Part shown: positions 11,132 through 18,957 of the stretch, piece by piece
How the letters are laid out: the number at the start of each line of letters is the position of its first letter
Position numbering within the stretch: position 1 is the first letter of the stretch
DNA from: Corallochytrium limacisporum Hawaii
Taxonomy: Eukaryota > Protista > Pluriformea
DNA: 64,000 nt
Assembly (NCBI GenBank): GCA_002811645.1
Contig: PDIP01000005.1
Span: forward strand, 259,198-323,197
Direction: 5' to 3'
Position numbers and translations under genes: made by a program
The notes under the pieces: model-generated
What the model was told of the DNA's origin: nothing
Database searches by the model: none
Seen by the model: only the letters and a program-made list of their open reading frames with translations

Positions 11132-11977
11132 ATGTTCCTGTTTGGAAAGAGCAAAAAGTCTGGAAAAGACAGCCTACCGAGGTCAGGCAATAAAGGAAGC
11201 CTATCAAGGTCAAGCAATAAAGGAAGCACTGGTAATGTGTCAAGGCAGGGATCTCAGAAGCATGTACGAGTGGAGAGCAACAGTGGTAACTTCCGCCGTA
11301 AACGAGCTGGCAGCGCTACAGGGACACCAAACGCTATTGAGATTAGTAATCCCATTGCATTCCGTCATATAGAGCACAAAACTATGAAGAAACAGTTTCT
11401 TCTGGCGGCACAGAAACAGCGGGATCTTGCGGAAAGGAAGAAGAACCAACAGATGAGACCAGTGGGCAGTGAGGCACAACTGGCTGGCTTTTTAGAGAAT
11501 TTTGAGGAGGCGATCGAGGGTGCTATGTCGACATCGGTAGCCGAGGACGTCTTTGACGCTGCCCTGAGTCAACCCAGCAGCCCAGCTGTGGCAATCAAGA
11601 CCGTGCGCGGAAGACGCATCCACGACACAGTGCGCAAATTGAAAACGGTGCGCCATGTTCTGTCAGACACTGAAAAGGAGAAATACTTGGATATCAGCGA
11701 AAAAGTGTTCAAAGACAAGTCAAAGGGACTTCCTCATTTCCTTTATACGTATGCAACGTGTTCACCTGGCGAAGAAGGCGGGTGGGACACTCCGGGTCAG
11801 TGGATAGGCATGTACTCCATTGAGGAGCTGCAGTCATTTGATGATTTCTTGCGCGAGTCTCACAAGCTGGAGACAATGCGTTTGGCTACCGATCAGGATC
11901 GGAAGAAAGACGCGATCCTGGCAGAGATGACCCAACTATTGCAGGAGCTTCTGGCTCAGGAGGCGACAAAGGCCTGA
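11132..11977 (+). CDS. CRIB-motif + Salvador-type SARAH-domain protein (putative Cdc42/Rac-Hippo adaptor)
   Basis: CRIB motif ISNPIAFRHIEH (aa 71-82). The C-terminal LPHFLYTYATCSP...W..YSIEELQSFDDFLRESHKLE...KKDAILAEM resembles the SAV1 SARAH domain plus its N-terminal extension (comparison from memory). Confidence 0.75.
   Translation: MFLFGKSKKSGKDSLPRSGNKGSLSRSSNKGSTGNVSRQGSQKHVRVESNSGNFRRKRAGSATGTPNAIEISNPIAFRHIEHKTMKKQFLLAAQKQRDLAERKKNQQMRPVGSEAQLAGFLENFEEAIEGAMSTSVAEDVFDAALSQPSSPAVAIKTVRGRRIHDTVRKLKTVRHVLSDTEKEKYLDISEKVFKDKSKGLPHFLYTYATCSPGEEGGWDTPGQWIGMYSIEELQSFDDFLRESHKLETMRLATDQDRKKDAILAEMTQLLQELLAQEATKA
11171..11224 (+). repeat. 27-nt in-frame tandem duplication (SLPRSGNKG / SLSRSSNKG)
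   Basis: agcctaccgaggtcaggcaataaagga followed by agcctatcaaggtcaagcaataaagga. Confidence 0.85.
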
Positions 11978-12427
11978 AGAGTTTGTATAGGATCATATTT
12001 TATGTCTACTGTACCCTGTTTCGTATGGTCTTGTGTTCGTATTTGTCTTCATCTGTCTTGTGTTTTCATTTATCGTACAGTACCTACAGTGATGATTTCC
12101 AAATCCTTCTGCAAATCAAGACTCTTGGTATCTGCCTTACTCCCCTTTGCAGACGGCTTAGTGGTACTATCTATTGTTTATGATCGGGCCCGGCCCTTCG
12201 GACCAACATGATTGGAACCAAGCGATGCCTGGCTGCCCTCGGGGCCGACTCTTTTCGTCGATCCGCCTTTGCTAGAGGCACCCTTTGCATTGGCCCCGGT
12301 TGGTCTTGTAGACATCACCTTCTCTGTAGGTGTAGCCTAAATTCTATCCTCACGGTATTTTGCTTAATCAGGAGTAAGAGTGAAGGCCTTGAGCACGTCC
12401 GCGAATGACTTGGCTCCAATATGTGCG

Positions 12428-12619
12428 ATGTTCAAATATCAGACGAAGCCGTTCACACCCGTTGCCCTTCCTGCGCCCGAAGTCGGTTGGGAGGACGACG
12501 AGGAAATGGCAGAATTGGAAGATCCTGCTACCGAAGACGAGAAAGCAGTCTTGCCTTGGGAGGAAAGTGAAGGTGAAGAAGGTGAGGATGACGATGAAGA
12601 GGATGAGGATGAGGACTAA
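12428..12619 (+). CDS. Small, highly acidic hypothetical protein (63 aa from first ATG; an upstream exon is possible)
   Basis: MFKYQTKPFTPVALPAPEVGWEDDEE...LPWEESEGEEGEDDDEEDEDED. Coding-like GAR/GAY codons, followed by an AT-rich 3' region converging on the next gene. Confidence 0.55.
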   Translation: MFKYQTKPFTPVALPAPEVGWEDDEEMAELEDPATEDEKAVLPWEESEGEEGEDDDEEDEDED

Positions 12620-12809
12620 GTGATCCTCTTATCTCTTTGTCTTTATGACTACCGTAAGAGAGCATATAGAGGAACGCATCAAGAGTAACGATGGGGGAAG
12701 AAATGAGATTTGTGAAGTCTTCGTATGAGCAACATTTTGGGCCTGTATTTTGCATTGTTTGGTTTTCTTTAACTAATTCGAAATTCTTACATTTAGAACA
12801 TTGTGACAC

Positions 12810-13865
12810 TCACGCCTCCATTCCATTATCGGCTTCTGATGTGTGTGAGTGGTACTCTCCGGAGGCATGCTGCTGACAATGCTGTTCAAAGACTTTCATG
12901 TCTCCAAACATAGCTTGGCATCCTTCCCACTCACACTGGATCATAACGGATCGGACAATTGTATACTTCACTGAAGTATTCAGTGACTCATGCTGTTGCT
13001 GCTGGTTGTGGTTGTACTGCTGAGCACTTTGCTCGGAGACCGAAGTACTGGAGGTATAGGGAGTGGAACGAGCAGAATTAGCGTCGGTACTGGATGCATT
13101 GTCGGAAGATACGACATGGTTGTACTGATACTGATGCTGATGCTGCGGCTGCTGCTCCTGCTGCTCCTGCAGCTGATGATGCTGCGGCTGGTGATACTGT
13201 TGATACTGCTGCCCATGCTGCTGATACTGCTGTTCATGCTGCTGATGGTGGTAGTGATGGTACTGGTGAGGACTCTGCCCATATTCTGAATACTGCTGCT
13301 GCTGCTGTTGTTCAGTCCCATATTGTTGTTTCTGTGGGCTGCCAAAGCCAGCGCTCATTGCCAGGAGAGTACTGGCCGCGGAAGTAGCAATCAACTGAGA
13401 CGCTGTGTGCGGACCATTCTTCCGGCTCATAGCCAAAGGAACGGGCTCTGCATTATCCGTAGAGGTACATTCACCAGCATCGCTTGTGCTGGCGAGGCTA
13501 GTACGGGAGGACACACTGCTTCGGTGGCGATCTAGGACACCAGTCTTGTTATTCCTAGAATTACGACGAATACGTTTCTTTGGGCTCTTACCCCGACTGA
13601 CCCGCTCTTCAGGGCGCTTAGTTCGGAACTTGCCGTCCGGATTGCGGGCTAGGACAGGTTTAGATCCACCACTGCTACGGCGACTAGGGGGTCCGAAGCT
13701 ACTTTTCATACTATCTTCTGGTTGTGTATCGGATTCACTCACCGAACTCGAGGGAACCATGCTAGTGACAGACTTTCCCTGAAGGGCACGGTTCATGAAG
13801 AGACTACCGTTCTGTACCAGTGCCGTCATTGAGGCAATACTGGCCAATTCGCTTTCAATAAACAT
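12810..13865 (-). CDS. Q/H-rich putative transcription regulator with a single C-terminal C2H2 zinc finger
   Basis: Zinc finger CEWEGC...F......HCQQH, basic NLS-like patch KSPKKRIRRNSR, poly-Q/H tract. First ATG is at 13865 (the ORF track starts at a GTG). Confidence 0.75.
   Translation of the reverse strand: MFIESELASIASMTALVQNGSLFMNRALQGKSVTSMVPSSSVSESDTQPEDSMKSSFGPPSRRSSGGSKPVLARNPDGKFRTKRPEERVSRGKSPKKRIRRNSRNNKTGVLDRHRSSVSSRTSLASTSDAGECTSTDNAEPVPLAMSRKNGPHTASQLIATSAASTLLAMSAGFGSPQKQQYGTEQQQQQQYSEYGQSPHQYHHYHHQQHEQQYQQHGQQYQQYHQPQHHQLQEQQEQQPQHQHQYQYNHVVSSDNASSTDANSARSTPYTSSTSVSEQSAQQYNHNQQQQHESLNTSVKYTIVRSVMIQCEWEGCQAMFGDMKVFEQHCQQHASGEYHSHTSEADNGMEA
13125..13311 (-). repeat. Imperfect CAG/CAT/TAT trinucleotide repeat encoding a Q/H/Y-rich tract
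   Basis: Plus strand shows runs of tgc/tga/tgt triplets (ctgatgctgatgctgcggctgctgc...). Confidence 0.8.
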
Positions 13866-16800
13866 TGTTGCTATGTGTTTGGACACTATGTGAGTAAGTT
13901 TCTATGTGGTAAAAGGCTATCTTATTCCACGCTATGCGAACGAACTGTATCTACGCATCAAAGTCCCCAGAAGTGGTCCCGCTCTCTCTCCCGAATAGAG
14001 TGGATCAGGTCTGGTTCAGGACCCGTTTTCAAATAGACTGATATTTTGTTCTCCTACAGCCTTTGACAGGTCAGCAGTGATCTTCCATATACCAAACCGG
14101 ATCAGCCATCGCCTTGCCACCCAGAACTCGATACAGCTTAAACAGGAATGGTCATCGATGTCAATGCCGTGGATTATTGCGATGCAACCCACACCCCGAT
14201 TGTGGGGCACCCATGGAATCCTCTGCTGAGGAGGGGAACGGTGACAAGAGTTGTCTGATGAGAACCCTACTCACTTCTCGTTTCTCCACCACTTGCGAAT
14301 TGGCCGTCATACCGGTATCTTCAGAGAGTGGACGCGTTCTCGTTCTACGAAGGCTAAAACCTCTCTGTCCGCTTGGTCATATTTCTCCCTCCTTTGCCAG
14401 CACAATGCTTCAGGCAACTAGCCCTTTCCCATCCTATTCTTGCAGCGTAATGCAATCCCCAGTGCTCAATTCTCCCATGCATAGCCTCCAACCAACCGTG
14501 GAGCTGACAGAAGAGCAACCAAAATCTTTCCGATATTTTTCCTTAGTTTTTTTTTCACTTCGGCATTCCGAACGCAGCTGCTCTTGCCTGTCATTCTGAC
14601 TGCGCACGGCCATGCGACACTCCCTTCTTCCCCTGGTTCCAGTTCTGAAACTAAGTTCACCGGCGACGGTTGGGCCAGCCGTGCATGTGAACAAGACATT
14701 CAACACGCCACTCTGACTGAGCACAAAGTTCCTGAATGCCTGGCGGGGCCGGTGGTGGCGAAACCAAAGTCCACTCCTTCGTTCCCGTTCTGCTGACGGA
14801 GATTTCGCCTCCGCACTTTAGCAAATATTTGGGACCGAAAAGGGCGGGAGGGGGAGAGTGAACGGGTTGGCCTTGGAAACCCACAAATGAAGCAACCACC
14901 GCCCACCCCACTTCGACACACCACCACCTGCTGTTCTGCCGAAATCTGTCGATGAAATTCTCTGATTACTCTCCCCCCTTTTTTTTTTTGTGTGTCGCCC
15001 TGGAGAAGCCTCAGAAAATTGATCCGCTCCATTGTCATAGAAAGCTCAACAGGTGCCAACGGGGCCAGGAGTAGGAGACAAGGAAACTCAAGCGTGGGGT
15101 GTGCGCAACGACACCAGCACCGGCCGGTGCCACAGAGACACTGCGGTAAGTCCAGGACACAGGGGTGGTGACACAGGATTATATACGATCAAACACTGAT
15201 TCCACCGTTTGGACACTGTTGGTCGTTTGGAAACTTTTTACGCTCCATAATGAAAATTTCATAGTTTGTCCAGCGGTTGCTGCACTTTCATCGGTGACAA
15301 CGGTATTTCGTAATCAATTACAGTGACAAAGTATGCGCGAAACGCTTGGTCATCATCACCTGGTCATGGTCTGTTTGTTGTATCGATTCATGAAGAAACG
15401 AAACAGTGGTGCATGAGTGGAACCGCACATGTCGCCTTTAAGCAGCAGAGAATAGTTTCCTGCTAGTAGAACGAATTAGAAGGGTTGACCTTAGCTTGAA
15501 CGTGAGCAAGAGGGTTCCAGTGCTTAGATATTACAAGCAGTGTTACGTATACCGAAGCACCCCATCAACGGTGGTCTTTGGAATAAAATGACCTTGCAAA
15601 TTTGTAACAGTTCGCCTTTCCATGGGCGCTATACAATACAGCCATGGCAGTTTAGGTTGAAGTCCTAACCTGCTGTCCAATTTACTATGACCGCCCAACA
15701 AGTATGGTCGGCCTGATTTGATAGGTGGCCGCCATGGCCAACTGTCACACACAGGAACAGCATTTAAATCCCAAGGAAACTATGTGCTGATCTACATGCA
15801 TGCATGCCTTTTCGTTGGGAAGGCGGTATGGTTAGATCGCGATGGTAGTACGAACCGGTCCATGGCCCAAACCTTCTGGCAGAACATGCACAACACGTCA
15901 AAGAGGAGGAATCTCAGCATTGGACTACACACTGAGCCTGCTTGAAAGGACATAACAGAAGTATTGTGAGAGTGGTGTAACAATGGTTTCGGGCATGGTT
16001 CATTCCCCGCCATAGTCGTACACAGCCAGTGTCTATGGTAGCCTGCCATGGCGAAGAGTGGAATTGCTTTGGTCGTATGCGCTTCGCAGCTGAAGATTCC
16101 TTTGCTAGAGTTTCCTTTTGTGGCAATGCTCAATTGGCTATGGATGGCGGCGGTATGGATACTTGGGGAAGTCCAAAGAGGGTAGTGCCTCAGTTTTGTT
16201 TCCCATTTGACGACAAACACTGGAAGTCTACTTCCCAAGTGATTCGCACATTGGTTCGCTGACGGGGTGAGAGGTTGGCAATGGGGTGGGACCCAGATCG
16301 TGATTCCTTCCCTCCCTCCCTTGCTCCCCTCCCTTGTCCCTAACGTCTCTCCCGGGGCAACCCAATTTCCCTTCTAGTAGGAGGCCTTCGTTTCTGTTGC
16401 GTGCACAATGGGATCGAGAGGTGTAGTGACATCGAAACATAGGAGAGCAACTGTTTCATACACGAGACCTGAAGGCTGGTGAAGATGTTTGGGTGTGTCT
16501 TTGTATGTATGAATTGTGTGTAATTGCGCATCTTCCGTTGTTTCTAATGTTTGGGCGATGTACCGAAAGCCTGGCATGCATAAATTGCTTGAGAAGCAAC
16601 AGGAAGGATCATGCTTCCCTTATTGATGTTTGTTGGAAGAAAGCGTGAAACTTACCCTCTGTCACATGCAGATGCATCGCTTGATTGTAGGACAAAAACA
16701 CACTGGAGTGGAGAATGAGATGGTTAAAGATGTTCTGTCGCAGTGATTTAGTACGTAAGCAGCCGACTGATCCCGGAACACATTCCCATCTGAGGGCGTA

Positions 16801-16924
16801 CTCGCAAGGCCTTCCACTTGGGGAGAAATAGCTCGGTAAATCTGTCCATGCATCATGTCCATATAGCAGTGCCATATCATCTAATTCTATTACATGCTTG
16901 CATATTATGACGTGTGATGTGAGT

Positions 16925-18004
16925 TTACTTTTGACCCTCTCTGGCAGCGCCGTCAACGGGAGATGAATGCTGTTCATTGCTGTGTGTGAGCCGTGTGCTG
17001 GAAGTGAAGTTGAAGCGCGTAACCTCCTGCTCCTCGATGGGATCCCATTGATCGTAGTCCTCCTCTTCAAGAGCAGTCTCTTGGACCCTTTTACGGTATT
17101 CGTCGATGCGTTCGTACTGCCTGTCAAAGGCAGCCTTGTCCTGAGCATCATAGTAATCAGATTCTTCGCTTTGGTCCATTTGGAGGATTTCCAGTTTTGT
17201 TTCGATCATCTCACGGCGCATCCAGCGGGTGTTAATGCCATAGTCATAAGGTTTCTGTAGCTTGAGGGCCTTCTCCGGGTCAGCAAGCTGGGCAACATCG
17301 CGCAGAGTTGCCAAATCCTTGTTCCGACGCTCACGCTGTGCATCAAGTTCCTTCCGGGCCTTATGTACAAATCCACGGGGAAGCTTGGGAGGCTTGATGC
17401 GTGTAGGATCCTTCAAAAACTCATCCAAATCCCGTCCACTGCTAAAAACTTCCTTCAGTTGCTCCGGAACCAATGCCAACCGTTCCTCCAACTCAGCCAT
17501 TGCCTGTACACCATGTGCATGTCCTTGATAGCTGGCAGACTTGAGGGCCTTCAGATAAGTTTGCCGCAGGTTGGCAGCCTCCTGGGTTCGTGATGCAACA
17601 TGAAGAACCACCTGAAATGGCAAATCAAATGCTTCGGACAATGTTTTCGCATTGTACATGATGGGATCGTAATTGATAAGCTTATTGATTTTGGCTACCA
17701 AGCTCCGCTGTTCCCGCTTGATCTGAGACACTCGACTCTGCAGCTCCCAAGGGGACATGTATACATTCCAACTTTCCGTGAAGACTCTACCTTCGATTTT
17801 GCCTTCGGAATTCAGCTTACGTTTCGGCTCATGGACTGTCACCAAGCTGTTGTCCGACAATTCCACGAAGCAAAGCTCATTGGTTTTGGAACCACTGTAC
17901 GCTGACCTTTGGGCCAATTTCTTTACTGTTGGGGTACTATAAGTTCGTGCATTGCGGACTATGTTGAACCACATGCCAGACGTCTGAAGTGTTTTACGCA
18001 ACAT
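16925..18004 (-). CDS. Probable mitochondrial protein, possibly MRP-L20 (mL58)/neugrin-like
   Basis: 359-aa ORF with an Arg/Ser-rich, acid-free N-terminal presequence (MLRKTLQTSGMWFNIVRNARTYS). INKLINYDPIMYNAKTLSEAFDLPFQVVLHVA resembles the helix-turn-helix core of fungal MRP-L20 and neugrin. Family call is tentative. Confidence 0.5.
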   Translation of the reverse strand: MLRKTLQTSGMWFNIVRNARTYSTPTVKKLAQRSAYSGSKTNELCFVELSDNSLVTVHEPKRKLNSEGKIEGRVFTESWNVYMSPWELQSRVSQIKREQRSLVAKINKLINYDPIMYNAKTLSEAFDLPFQVVLHVASRTQEAANLRQTYLKALKSASYQGHAHGVQAMAELEERLALVPEQLKEVFSSGRDLDEFLKDPTRIKPPKLPRGFVHKARKELDAQRERRNKDLATLRDVAQLADPEKALKLQKPYDYGINTRWMRREMIETKLEILQMDQSEESDYYDAQDKAAFDRQYERIDEYRKRVQETALEEEDYDQWDPIEEQEVTRFNFTSSTRLTHSNEQHSSPVDGAAREGQK

Positions 18005-18494
18005 TGTCTGGATATCTGGCCAAAATGAATGATTCCTATGTATGCTGACTAGTTGTGCTACATGTTCAGAATAAAACGCTACCCAGGCGCATTTTAAATG
18101 TCAAAAGCCAACTGTTTAAATTACATGCAGACAAGGATGCATGTTTCATAAACCTTACTATGTTGTGGCTCAACAAAGCTAATATCTACAAATGAGGGTT
18201 GGTAAGATCGCTCCTTGTGGCATTGGGTCTCCAAATCTCCCCCTCTCGAAACGGGTCACATGGAGCAGCCAGTTGGGTTCCGGAGGGAAATTGCGCCGAA
18301 GTTAGCAATAGTGACTGTACCGATTTTGAATAAAATAGTGTAAGGGGGAGGGGACAGGTAATATGGTAAAGGCAGATAATTCATAAATAAATTTTGAATC
18401 AAAGAATCCAAGATGGACACCGCTTGCGACGATGTTTTTGCCATGGTGGAGTATGACGAAGTCGCAGCTCCGGTTCTACTAGAGACCCGGTTTA

Positions 18495-18810
18495 TCATGA
18501 GGAAAGTTGCAGACCGTGCCTCTGTAACAGCCTTGAAGGCTGTGTTGTTGCTGCCGGAAGCAGAATTTTTGTCAGGATGGAGGAGTGCAGCCAGCTTCTT
18601 GTACGTGCGAGTAATGTCCCCTACGGTGGCAGTGCGTTCGAATCCAACACCGCTCTGTGCGCTAGCCTCGAAGAAGCAAAGGCCCCGGGATTAGGCCCCG
18701 GGATTTGGCCCAGAGCTTTGCTTCAGCCGTCGTCCCTGGACGTCTGTGTCGCGTTTTCGAGTTTGTTGCCAACAACCACAAGCCGCAGATGATTTAAGCT
18801 TCCACCATGT
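18495..18810 (-). pseudogene. DNAJC27: Degenerate DNAJC27/RBJ (RJL small GTPase + DnaJ) remnant
   Basis: Three frames give HGGSLNHLRLVVVGNKLE (G4), EAKLWAKSRGLCFFEASAQSGVG (G5 region) and FERTATVGDITRTYKKLAALLHPDKNSASGSNNTAFKAVTEARSA (J domain). Disrupted by frameshifts, a 13-nt duplication carrying TAA, an internal deletion and loss of the 5' half. Confidence 0.82.
18680..18705. repeat. Perfect 13-nt tandem duplication AGGCCCCGGGATT x2
   Basis: Seen directly in the sequence. It frameshifts the DNAJC27 remnant. Confidence 0.95.
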
Positions 18811-18957
18811 AGCAGAGGACATTTCGATCGCCGAATTTATGGCAAAATCAGAATATGAAGGGACAGTTCAACTCAAACATTGGTTCTAATGGTAACGAAT
18901 GAATGCAATCTAACAAGGAAATGTAATGGACAAAGAGAAATTGATAATTTACATAGT

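Noticed and set aside
18630-18650. GTTCGAATCC resembling a tRNA T-loop
   Set aside because: No cloverleaf stems, and it lies within the DNAJC27 remnant coding sequence.
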